58,557 nt of DNA from Roseomonas sp. (GTDB lineage: Bacteria > Pseudomonadota > Alphaproteobacteria > Acetobacterales > Acetobacteraceae): assembly GCA_040398485.1 (NCBI GenBank), contig JBBAUC010000001.1:1-58557 (forward strand). Direction: 5' to 3'. Shown here one piece after another: positions 39,497 to 48,177 of this stretch. Numbering within the stretch: the first letter of the stretch is position 1; each line of letters opens with the position of its first letter. The position numbers and the translations under genes are program-made. The notes under the pieces were generated by a model that saw only the letters and a program-made list of their open reading frames with translations, was not told the origin of the DNA and did no database searches.

Positions 39497-40951
39497 TCAC
39501 CAAATCTCGCCAGTAAAGCCCGCGAAGCTGCTGCGGGAAAAGCTCCGCACCGCCTTCAACGCCTCCCGCAATTCCTGCCGTGCATCTTTGGGCATGGCCG
39601 CCGTATCCACCAGATTGCCGGGGCGGTGGCCGGCAGCGTGATCAGCCAATTGCTGGCGCAACACCACATCCAGCAGGAGTGAGAAGGCGGCTTGCAAGGC
39701 GCTCGCTTCCCGCGCTGCGATGCTGCCACGCGCGGCCAAAGCGGCGATCCGCTGAGACGTCCCCGTTTCGGTAACGCCATCGCGCAGCGCCAAAAGCCGG
39801 GTTGCGGCCACCAAGGGCATCAGCCCATGCAGCTTTAAATCCGTCCGGCTGCCGGGGCCGGGCTCATCATCGGCAAAGCCGCCAAATAGTGTCAGCCCCA
39901 CCTGCAAGCTGCTATTCTGTGCTGCCATGGCGGCAAGCCAGGCCGGGCGCGCCGCCAATAGCCCCGCCAGATGTTGGCGCAGCGAAGCGGCCTCAGCCGC
40001 ATCGCCCTGCACTGGGCGGAAATCAAATACGATATCGCCAAACAGCAAGGCCGCACCCGCCCGGCGATTGGACCAGACGCCCATCTGATCCCGCCATTGC
40101 CGCGCGGTTTTCCGCCACAGCGGATTGCGCGCCATGATCCCGCCAGGACACAGTGGAAAGCCTGCCTGATCCAAGCGCAGGTTGAAATCCTCCGTGAAGG
40201 GGCGGAACCAGGCATCTACCGTGGCGTGATCCTGATCCGGGTAATCCTGCAGCATCAGCCCATTATCCTGATCAGGCGTGAGCAGGCTTTCGCCCCGCCC
40301 AAGGCTGCCCATGACCAACAGCGTAAAGGGCACTGGCGCGGGGCCGTGATCCACCAGTGTTTCCGCCAAAATCCGCCGATGCAGATCAAGGTTGATGCCA
40401 TTGACCAGCCGCACCACGGCTTCCGCACTCAGCCCTTCGGCCAGCAAGGCGCGGGCAATGCCGGCCTGGGCGGATTTGATGGCCGCGACATCGCCGGATA
40501 GCGCTTCCAGATGGGTCAGCAACCCGCCCGAGACGGCAGCCAAAGCCTCTGCCCGCTGCAGCATGCCAAGGCAGCGCCCGCCTTCATCCAGCACCGGCAA
40601 ATGCCTGAGCCCATGCTGGCGGAGCAGAGCGATGGCGCGCCACAGGCCTTCTTCCGGGGCGCAGGCGATCAGCGGCGCGGTCATGGCGGCGGCGAGTGGT
40701 GCTTCGGGGCCAAGCTGAAAAACAACGCGGCGCACGATGTCCTGTTCGGTCAGAATGCCGATGGCGCGGCCGGCGCCATCCAGCGCCAAAACGGCCGAAG
40801 CTCGCGCCGCTGCCATGGCGGCGATGGCCTGACCCAGTGGGGTTTCAGCCGGTAGCGCGGGCGGTGCCGCACCCATGGCAGCGCTCGCCGGGCCAGTCAG
40901 CGCGGCGATGGGAGCATGGCCTGATGGGGTGGCGGGGGGCGTCATGGTCAA
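39497..40951 (-). CDS. CBS-pair + DUF294 (GlnD/GlnE-like) nucleotidyltransferase with C-terminal helical domain
   Basis: CBS motifs GILTEQDI and RHLPV; NTase motif MGSLGRGE...PDQDNGL; GFPLCPGGIMARNPLW; DLKLHGLMP. Confidence 0.88.
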   Translation of the reverse strand: MTMTPPATPSGHAPIAALTGPASAAMGAAPPALPAETPLGQAIAAMAAARASAVLALDGAGRAIGILTEQDIVRRVVFQLGPEAPLAAAMTAPLIACAPEEGLWRAIALLRQHGLRHLPVLDEGGRCLGMLQRAEALAAVSGGLLTHLEALSGDVAAIKSAQAGIARALLAEGLSAEAVVRLVNGINLDLHRRILAETLVDHGPAPVPFTLLVMGSLGRGESLLTPDQDNGLMLQDYPDQDHATVDAWFRPFTEDFNLRLDQAGFPLCPGGIMARNPLWRKTARQWRDQMGVWSNRRAGAALLFGDIVFDFRPVQGDAAEAASLRQHLAGLLAARPAWLAAMAAQNSSLQVGLTLFGGFADDEPGPGSRTDLKLHGLMPLVAATRLLALRDGVTETGTSQRIAALAARGSIAAREASALQAAFSLLLDVVLRQQLADHAAGHRPGNLVDTAAMPKDARQELREALKAVRSFSRSSFAGFTGEIW

Positions 40952-41004
40952 GCCTTACGACCTTTCAAGCTCGCAAGATCGCCTTATGCTCTGCGCAGAT
41001 TGAG

Positions 41005-41613
41005 CTATGCGTTATTGCGCCAACGCAAACTCAGCCCGGCCGGATCGAAGCCACGCTCCATTTCCTGTTGCGTAGAAAGAATATGAAACCGCAAGGCGCC
41101 GCGGATCGCGGGGCCTTCATCCTTCCGTTGATCGGGATGGATCGGCAGGGTCGCAAAAAGTGGCGCCTCGGCGAGCAGGGGCAGGGTCCGCGCGTCACGC
41201 GGCGCGGCCAATTGCAGGCGCGCCAGATGCCCGGGCAGGGCAATCAGGCTTGCCTCGAAGGCGTGTTTTTCGTCTTCCGGCGGCGTGTCCGTCGCCATGA
41301 AATCTGCGTGCAGCGAAACAAGGCATTCCAGCAAAAGCTGCTCCTGCCTTGGCCAGAAGGGCCGCAGCCAAGCCTCGGCCAACGCCATCACATCGCTTTG
41401 TGCCGTCAGAAAAACCTGCCAACGGCAATGGTTTAGCGCGGCCATGAAGTCAGCATTGCCGAAGAAATCTCTCTCATTCCGCCCGATCTTGACCCGGCAA
41501 TAATCCAGCACCGTCTTCTGCGCGACGAAGGCGCCCTGCCGGTGCAGGAATGCCCCAAATGCCCCTGGTTCCTGGGAGGGCTGGCGGCCCAGCAATTGGC
41601 GAAGGTAGCGCAT
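41005..41613 (-). CDS. Hypothetical protein
   Basis: 202-aa ORF with plausible composition (FLHRQGAFVAQKTVLDYCRVK; LPIHP) filling the gap between two genes. Confidence 0.65.
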   Translation of the reverse strand: MRYLRQLLGRQPSQEPGAFGAFLHRQGAFVAQKTVLDYCRVKIGRNERDFFGNADFMAALNHCRWQVFLTAQSDVMALAEAWLRPFWPRQEQLLLECLVSLHADFMATDTPPEDEKHAFEASLIALPGHLARLQLAAPRDARTLPLLAEAPLFATLPIHPDQRKDEGPAIRGALRFHILSTQQEMERGFDPAGLSLRWRNNA

Positions 41614-41778
41614 GAAGGGGCCAAATCCTTAAAAAGTTTGTTGCAGCTATGTTACTGCCATGTTATCGGACACGGCGAATCGGGCTGTCAAATGCCCGAA
41701 TCATGTCACGAAGGAACGTGACAGGGGCAGGTCAAACAGGTCGTCCGCAAGGGCCGATCATGAGGAGGAGGCAAATTC

Positions 41779-42084
41779 ATGCCATTGGTTGAATCTGGGG
41801 GAGCGCAGTCTAATACGGAAGCCCCCGCGGTGGATAAGGCCACCGCTAAGGCCCATTGGGCCAAAACATCCAGCCTGATGCTGCTTGTTTTGGGCATTTG
41901 GTTTTTCTTCAGCTTCGTGGTGCATATTTTTGCCCCTTCACTCAACAGCATTCGCATTCTTGGCTTCCCCTTCGGCTTTTACATGGCCGCGCAGGGCAGC
42001 TTGATCGTCTTCGTCGTCGCGCTCTTCTGGTTCGGCAAGCGCCAGAATCAGATCGACGAAGAATTCGGCGTGCAGGAGGATTGA
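41779..42084 (+). CDS. DUF4212 small membrane subunit of a solute:sodium symporter
   Basis: HWAKT, GFPFGFYMAAQGSL and IDEEFGV motifs; GAGGAGG RBS; directly before the symporter. Confidence 0.9.
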   Translation: MPLVESGGAQSNTEAPAVDKATAKAHWAKTSSLMLLVLGIWFFFSFVVHIFAPSLNSIRILGFPFGFYMAAQGSLIVFVVALFWFGKRQNQIDEEFGVQED

Positions 42085-42088
42085 TCCC

Positions 42089-44146
42089 ATGAGCGGTGCT
42101 GCCAAGGAAAAAGACCCCTTTATCGCCTCGCTCGGCAAGATTTATGCCGGCTATACGGGCGGTTTCGCGGCCTTCGTGATCCTGATCGCCATTCTGGAAC
42201 AGATGGGCGTGCCGGATCGCATTCTGGGCTACATGTTTGTTGGCCTGACCATCGGCGTCTATGCCTATATCGGTATTATCAGCCGCACCCAGGCCGTTGC
42301 TGAATACTACGTTGCCGGTCGGCGTGTGCCCGCGATTTACAACGGCATGGCAACCGGTTCCGACTGGATGTCGGCCGCAAGCTTCATCGGCATGGCGGGC
42401 AGCCTTTACGCCCTTGGCTATGGCGGGCTTGCCTTCATCCTGGGCTGGACCGGCGGTTACATGCTGGTCGCCATTCTGCTTGCGCCATATTTGCGGAAAT
42501 TCGGCCAATATACAGTGCCGGACTTCCTGGGCGCGCGGTTTGGCGGCAATGCGGCCCGCCTGATTGGTGTGGTGGTCCTGATCACCGCGTCCTTCGTTTA
42601 TGTCGTGGCGCAGATCGTGGGCGTTGGCATCATCACGCAGCGCTTCCTGGATGTGTCCTTCGGCATCGCGGTGTTCGTGGGCCTTGCGGGCATTCTGGTC
42701 TGCTCCATGCTGGGAGGCATGCGCGCCGTCACCTGGACACAGGTGGCGCAGTATATCGTGCTGATTATCGCCTATCTGGTCCCGGCCATCCTGATGTCGG
42801 TCAAGGTCACGGGCGTGCCACTGCCGCAGCTTATGTATGGCTTCGCGCTGGAACGCATTGCGGAGCTTGAAAACGGCTTCCGCGCTTCGGGCATGACCCC
42901 ACCGCCTGGCGTGACTGGCTGGCATAGCGCACCCTTCATTGGGGCGAATGGGCAATTCTCCTTGCCCGCAGCCATCAATTGGTTCGCGCTGGTCTTCTGC
43001 CTCATGGTTGGCACGGCTGCGCTGCCGCATATCCTGATGCGTTACTTCACCACGCCTTCGGTGAAGGAAGCGCGCCAATCCGTGGCCTGGTCGTTGTTCT
43101 TCATCTTCCTGCTTTACTTCACGGCGCCGGCCTATGCCGCCTTCGCGAAGGTGGAAATCTACCAGAACATTATCGGTCAGCCGATCGCGAGCCTGCCGGA
43201 CTGGATCAAGAACTGGCAGATCATGTCGCCCTATGGGGTGCCGTGGATCAACATTGTGGACGTCAATCGCGACGGTATTCTGCAATGGAATGAATTCCGC
43301 ATTCATCCGGACGTGGTGGTGCTTGCCACGCCGGAAATCGCAGGCCTGCCTTATGTGATTGCGGGTCTGGTGGCGGCGGGTGGTTTGGCCGCGGCGCTTT
43401 CCACCGCCGATGGTCTGCTCCTGGCACTTGCGAATGCGCTGTCGCATGACGTGTATTACAAGATGATTGACCGCAACGCGCCGACCGCGCGCCGGCTGAC
43501 TGTCTCGCGCGTCTTGTTGCTGACCGTGGCGGTTGCCGCGGCTTGGGTCGCGGGGAATGCAGGGGCGGATATTCTGTTCCTGGTTGCTTGGGCCTTCTCC
43601 ATCGCTGCCGCTGGCCTATTCGCGGCGCTGGTGATGGGGGTTTGGTACAAGAAAACCACCAATACCGCCGCCGTTTGGGGCATGGCCGTGGGTTATGTGG
43701 TCACCTTCGGCTACATGATCTATTCCGAATGGTTCGGGCTGGATTTTGTGCAGTTGTTTGGATCGAAGGATGCGATCATTGCCGCGGCGCGGCAGGTGGG
43801 CGCCATCAACCAGAACTTCACCTCGCCTGAATTGCGGGCGGAAGCGGCCGGTATTCTTGCCAATACCGCAGCGGTGAAGGATGGGGCGCTTGCTTGGCTC
43901 GGTAACATCTGGGGTAGCCCAATGACGACCGATACCGTGGTGCTGCGTAATCGCGTGACCGGGCGCATGTGGGGAATTGGCAGCATTTCTGCCGGTATCT
44001 TCGGCGTGCCGATTTCCTTCCTGGTCATCTATGTTGTGTCGCAATTCACCGCGGCGCCAAGCCAGGCGATGCAGGATTTCATTGATGATATCCGCATCCC
44101 GAAGGGTGGCGTGCGTCTTGCTGACAAGCGCGACGCGGTGGAATAA
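42089..44146 (+). CDS. Sodium:solute symporter, ActP-like (VC_2705-type) carboxylate transporter
   Basis: YYVAGR, NGMATGSDWMSAASF, LRKFGQYTVPDF, GGMRAVTWTQVAQY, GTAALPHILMRYFT, AAALSTADGLL. Confidence 0.92.
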   Translation: MSGAAKEKDPFIASLGKIYAGYTGGFAAFVILIAILEQMGVPDRILGYMFVGLTIGVYAYIGIISRTQAVAEYYVAGRRVPAIYNGMATGSDWMSAASFIGMAGSLYALGYGGLAFILGWTGGYMLVAILLAPYLRKFGQYTVPDFLGARFGGNAARLIGVVVLITASFVYVVAQIVGVGIITQRFLDVSFGIAVFVGLAGILVCSMLGGMRAVTWTQVAQYIVLIIAYLVPAILMSVKVTGVPLPQLMYGFALERIAELENGFRASGMTPPPGVTGWHSAPFIGANGQFSLPAAINWFALVFCLMVGTAALPHILMRYFTTPSVKEARQSVAWSLFFIFLLYFTAPAYAAFAKVEIYQNIIGQPIASLPDWIKNWQIMSPYGVPWINIVDVNRDGILQWNEFRIHPDVVVLATPEIAGLPYVIAGLVAAGGLAAALSTADGLLLALANALSHDVYYKMIDRNAPTARRLTVSRVLLLTVAVAAAWVAGNAGADILFLVAWAFSIAAAGLFAALVMGVWYKKTTNTAAVWGMAVGYVVTFGYMIYSEWFGLDFVQLFGSKDAIIAAARQVGAINQNFTSPELRAEAAGILANTAAVKDGALAWLGNIWGSPMTTDTVVLRNRVTGRMWGIGSISAGIFGVPISFLVIYVVSQFTAAPSQAMQDFIDDIRIPKGGVRLADKRDAVE

Positions 44147-44173
44147 TCCAACCGCCGCTGTGGCGTGATGGTT

Positions 44174-44203
44174 TGGGGCGGTTGCGGTAACGCAGCCGCC
44201 CCA
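44174..44203 (+). terminator. Hairpin after the symporter gene
   Basis: TGGGGCGGTTGCG-GTAA-CGCAGCCGCCCCA, a 13-bp stem with a GNRA loop. Confidence 0.65.
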
Positions 44204-44217
44204 TCAATTAGGGCGCT

Positions 44218-44538
44218 ATGGAAAGCAATTTCATCCTCGGCTACCTGCCCTTTTGGGTGGTGACCTATTTGCTGGCGCTGACCGCCTGGGGCTGCCTTGG
44301 GCGTTTCATGATGCAATTCTTCATGACGCCGGCGAATACCAATTACATCTGGCGCGGCTTTCAGATGCTGACGGGCTGGGCGGTCTGGACCGCCGAGCGT
44401 TTGGTGCCTTCCTATGTCTCGCCGCACTTCCTGCCGCTGGTCGCGGCCTTTTGGCTTTTCGCGGTGCGGATGATCTTTGGTTTGATCATGGTTGGGCTTG
44501 GCTATGCGCCGCGCATCAGCCCACCGGGGGCTGGGTAG
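44218..44538 (+). CDS. Small membrane protein (YggT-like)
   Basis: LGRF, NYIWRGF..LT and hydrophobic segments. Confidence 0.7.
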   Translation: MESNFILGYLPFWVVTYLLALTAWGCLGRFMMQFFMTPANTNYIWRGFQMLTGWAVWTAERLVPSYVSPHFLPLVAAFWLFAVRMIFGLIMVGLGYAPRISPPGAG

Positions 44539-44543
44539 CCGCC

Positions 44544-44834
44544 ATGACACCGCAGAACCTATTTGTCGCAACCGTCGCAACCTGTTTGCTGAACGGCATG
44601 ATCAGTCCAACCCTGCCCGTGGTCTGGCACCTTTATCCCGTCTGGCTGCCGGAGCTTTTGCCGCCGACGAAGGAGGTTGTGTATTACGGTGCCTCCCTGA
44701 TTGTCTCCACCGCCACGCTGTTGCTGTCTGCCGTGCCAGCCGCGATATCGGAACGCTTGGGCCTCAGCCTAAAAAGCGCGATGGGGGTCTGGTTCGGCGC
44801 GGCGCTGTTGCTGGTGCTGATGGGTTTGGGCTGA
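44544..44834 (+). CDS. Small hypothetical membrane protein
   Basis: MTPQNLF...LLNGMISP..WLP...YYGASLIVST..LLLSAVPAAI.ER; three hydrophobic segments; 5 nt after the previous stop. Confidence 0.65.
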   Translation: MTPQNLFVATVATCLLNGMISPTLPVVWHLYPVWLPELLPPTKEVVYYGASLIVSTATLLLSAVPAAISERLGLSLKSAMGVWFGAALLLVLMGLG

Positions 44835-44956
44835 ACCGCGCCTTTCGCCCTGGGGAGTATTCATCCGCCCAGGAGTCGGGCTAGGCTTCCCTTGAGGGCG
44901 CCTAGCTATCCTGGGGGCCCCCGCATGAGGGCCAAGGCTTGGAACGGCTTGAGGCA

Positions 44957-45304
44957 ATGGCGGACCTGGTCATCCGGCGCGCGATCGGCTTTGCAGGTTT
45001 GGCCATTGTGCTTGTTGTGCTGTCGCTTTCCTTCCAACTTGCCTTGGCGCTCCGTTCCGGTGCGATATTGGTGACGCTGCTTTGGCTGATTGTGCTGCTG
45101 AAACTCGCCTATGTGCCAAGCCAGGATATGCGCCATAGCGAGCTTTGGCTGATGGTGGCTGAACGCCATTCCCCGGATGCGCTGCCCATGCAGGCGGCGA
45201 TGCGCATGGCCTTCGCAGCCAGGCTGCGCTGGCATGCGGATAGGATCGGCGCCTTTGCAATGACCTTGTGGGGGATGTATTTATTGGTGAGTCTTGTGAC
45301 GTAA
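44957..45304 (+). CDS. Small hypothetical membrane protein
   Basis: RRAIGFAGLAI, SELWLM and three hydrophobic segments; start uncertain. Confidence 0.6.
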   Translation: MADLVIRRAIGFAGLAIVLVVLSLSFQLALALRSGAILVTLLWLIVLLKLAYVPSQDMRHSELWLMVAERHSPDALPMQAAMRMAFAARLRWHADRIGAFAMTLWGMYLLVSLVT

Positions 45305-45453
45305 CCGAAACGACCAATGCGCCCGCTGATGCGAACGGCCTGAATTGACCAATTCCAGCGCCAGATGCGACAGATAACATCCTATCCTTAAAGCCATGCC
45401 CCGAAGTGGATTGCCTTGAAAAACCCGAAGCATCAACCGCTTGACCATCGCCT

Positions 45454-47313
45454 ATGACGCTACGGCCGCAAAATGCCTCGGCGCAATTTCTGTCGGCGAT
45501 TGCTTTGCTCAAGCAGGGCAATCTTGCAGCCGCTGAGGCCGCTTGCCTTGTGGTACTAAAGCGCGACCCGCGTCATGCCGATGCGCTGCATCTTGCAGGG
45601 ATGCTCGCAACACAGCTTGGGCAGCTTGATGAGGGCATCAGCCGGCTCCGCCGCGCCGTGGCGATCAAACCGAAAGATGCAGCGATTCATGGTCATTTGG
45701 GCCTTGTCCTGGTGAAACGCGGCCATGACGCTGAAGCCATGGCCAGTTTCGAAAAATCCCTGGCATTGAACCCCAACTCACCCGAAACCGTCTTGAATTA
45801 CGGCCAGCTTCTTCTGCATCTTGGCCGCGCAGCCGATGCCCTACCGGTCTTTGATCGCCTGATAGCCGATAAAGCGAATGACGCCGAAGCGCATCACCAA
45901 CGCGGCCGCGTCCTGATGGAGCTCGGGCAGCTGGAAGCGGCGCTCGCAACCCATGAAAAGGCGCTTGGTCTGCACCCGGATTCTCCCGATTATCTCGTCG
46001 GGATCGCCATGACCCTTTGCGAATTGGGGCGCGCAGCTGAGGCCCTGCCCTTCGCGGAGAAAGCCTTGCGCCTGAAGCCAGGCTTCGACTTGGCCATGCT
46101 GAGCCGGGCAGAGATTTTGCTCGCCCTTGGTCAACGCCACGAAAGCCTGGTCGTGGCGGAGGAAGTACGCCGTGCCGCGCCGCAAACGCGGCGGAGCAGA
46201 AGATGCCTCGGCAAGTTGTTGATGGCGCTGGGACAGCCGGAAAGCGCGCTGATTGTTTCGACGCTTGATTGCACAAGCGATGTTGATGACCCCGTCGCGC
46301 ATATCAATCACGGCACCATCCTGACCGCGCTGAACCGGCTACAGGAAGCGTCGCTTTCCTATGAACGCGCCTTGCAACTGAAACCAGACCATGCGGAAGC
46401 ACGATATAATCGTGCCTTTACGCTGTTGGCGCTTGGCCGCTTTGAGGATGGTTGGCGTGATTACGAATACCGTCATCTGCGACCAAAAGCGCAGTCCCGG
46501 CGCAAGTTTTCTCAACCAATCTGGCAGGGCAGGGAACCGCTCAAGAATCAACGGCTTTTGATTCATGCTGAGCAGGGATTTGGCGATACCATTCAGTTTG
46601 CGCGTTATGCCTTGCTGGCCGCCGCCGCCGGGGCGGATGTCATTCTTGCCGTACAGAAGCCTTTGGTCCGGCTTTTCAGGGATTTTCACCCTGGAGTGCT
46701 GGTGGTTGACGAACATGAGGCGACAGCGGAGTTCGATCTGCATTGCCCAATGCTCAGCCTGCCACTTGCCTTCGGTACCAGGCTTGAAACCATCCCGGCC
46801 TGGCCTGATGGCTACCTGAAGGCGCCGGTCGCAGAAGCCGCGCGGTTTGCCGCGCGCTTACCCAAGGGCCGGCGGCGTATTGGCGTGGTCTGGAGCGGCA
46901 GCACGATCCACACCAATGATGCCAATCGTTCCATGGCGCTTGCGCGCCTGTTACCGCTGTTTCAATCGGGCGATGTCTGGGTTTCGCTGCAGAAGGAAGT
47001 GCGCGCAGCGGACCAGTCCGCGCTGCAAGCATCGGCCCTCTGCGATCTGACCCCTGAGCTTGCTGATTTTGCCGATACGGCGGCGCTGATCGCGGCACTT
47101 GATCTGGTGATTGCGGTGGATACATCGGTCGCGCATTTGGCCGCTGCGCTTGGCAAACCGGTTTGGCTGATGCTGCCCTTCGCGCCGGATTTTCGCTGGC
47201 TGCTGGAACGCGAAGACTCGCCCTGGTATCCCGGCATGCGGCTGTTTCGGCAGCAAGGGCTTGGCGATTGGGACGGCGTTATTGCGCGGCTTGGTGCGGC
47301 GCTTCAGCCATGA
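45454..47313 (+). CDS. TPR-repeat protein with C-terminal GT-B (GT9-like) glycosyltransferase domain
   Basis: About 8-9 TPR units, then GWRDYEYR, EQGFGDTIQFARY, IGVVWSG, LDLVIAVDTSVAHLAAALGKP and SPWYP.MRLFRQ. Confidence 0.88.
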   Translation: MTLRPQNASAQFLSAIALLKQGNLAAAEAACLVVLKRDPRHADALHLAGMLATQLGQLDEGISRLRRAVAIKPKDAAIHGHLGLVLVKRGHDAEAMASFEKSLALNPNSPETVLNYGQLLLHLGRAADALPVFDRLIADKANDAEAHHQRGRVLMELGQLEAALATHEKALGLHPDSPDYLVGIAMTLCELGRAAEALPFAEKALRLKPGFDLAMLSRAEILLALGQRHESLVVAEEVRRAAPQTRRSRRCLGKLLMALGQPESALIVSTLDCTSDVDDPVAHINHGTILTALNRLQEASLSYERALQLKPDHAEARYNRAFTLLALGRFEDGWRDYEYRHLRPKAQSRRKFSQPIWQGREPLKNQRLLIHAEQGFGDTIQFARYALLAAAAGADVILAVQKPLVRLFRDFHPGVLVVDEHEATAEFDLHCPMLSLPLAFGTRLETIPAWPDGYLKAPVAEAARFAARLPKGRRRIGVVWSGSTIHTNDANRSMALARLLPLFQSGDVWVSLQKEVRAADQSALQASALCDLTPELADFADTAALIAALDLVIAVDTSVAHLAAALGKPVWLMLPFAPDFRWLLEREDSPWYPGMRLFRQQGLGDWDGVIARLGAALQP

Positions 47314-47593
47314 AGGCGCTTGATCACCTTCATTGAACCCGTATGCCGGGATCGCGAATGATGGCTGTCCAGCGGTTAATCTTACCTTGGATATGCGCGG
47401 CGATGCCAAAACGCCCAGGGCGCGCGATGTCCCTTGGAAGGCGGCCGAACGGCGGTTCAGTATGGCGCTGCCTTTCGGCGTTACTTGGTTGGAAAAGCTC
47501 CCGCATGAGGCGAGATTACTTGTGTGTCACATTTAAGCAACCTAAAACCTTGTGGGAAGCCCATGGGCGTGCATTCAAACAGGGAGATAAAGG

Positions 47594-48067
47594 ATGATTG
47601 AAACTTCACGCGGCAAGGCCGATAGCGTTGAGATGGCTCTGTTGCTTGGTGGGATAGCGGCCGTGCTTGTGGCCTATTTCCTGCCGGCGGTGACCTTTAC
47701 CGGCCAGCGCGGCGCGGCGGTTTATGGCCTTTCCATCTTCAGCAAGCTGCCGATCATGAGCGCGCTTGCCTTCGCCGCCATGGCGGCGGCGCTGGCCACG
47801 CGGGTTATCCCCTCGCTCGAAAAATACGCCGAACAGGCGGCGGTGATCGCCATTCTGCTGGTCCTGGCGCCGGCACTGCTGGGCTTCATGATGGCGCTCG
47901 ACCCCTGGACCGGGATCCGCCAGACCATGCTGAAAATGGCCAACGCCCGCACCGTGAAGGTGGACCCCAGCTTTGCCTATATTCCGCTATTCGCTGGCGC
48001 CACGATGATGGGCTTTTCGCTGCGCCGGCGCATGCGTCGCACGGCCCAGGGCGCCGTTCCGGCCTGA
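47594..48067 (+). CDS. Hypothetical membrane protein
   Basis: Four hydrophobic segments; GGAG RBS. Confidence 0.7.
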   Translation: MIETSRGKADSVEMALLLGGIAAVLVAYFLPAVTFTGQRGAAVYGLSIFSKLPIMSALAFAAMAAALATRVIPSLEKYAEQAAVIAILLVLAPALLGFMMALDPWTGIRQTMLKMANARTVKVDPSFAYIPLFAGATMMGFSLRRRMRRTAQGAVPA

Positions 48068-48177
48068 AGCGATAAATCCGCAGAAGGTTCTGCGATTTCT
48101 TGGCGTGAGGGCCATCGGGCACTGAGCGTTTATCCCGCTTCTGGACGAAGCGCTCTTTGCCCGTTACCACCACGCCC

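Noticed and set aside
38780-40951. Nucleotidyltransferase plus nuclease as an anti-phage (CBASS or toxin-antitoxin) system
   Set aside because: The enzyme is DUF294/GlnD-like with CBS domains in a metabolic transporter context, with no effector or mobile-element signs.
41704-41723. TGT...ACA palindrome as a PpsR site
   Set aside because: The spacer is 14 nt rather than 12, and it lies outside the photosynthesis cluster; kept only as an unassigned inverted repeat.
41942-43447. Long antisense ORFs (501 aa here; also 10749-12044, 15613-16611, 24271-25380, 35433-36542)
   Set aside because: They mirror well-supported genes on the other strand, lack motifs, and are expected from high-GC codon bias.
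47320-47333. FNR/FnrL-like box TTGATcaccTTCAT
   Set aside because: Two mismatches to TTGAT-N4-ATCAA and about 260 nt from the next start codon; too weak to call.
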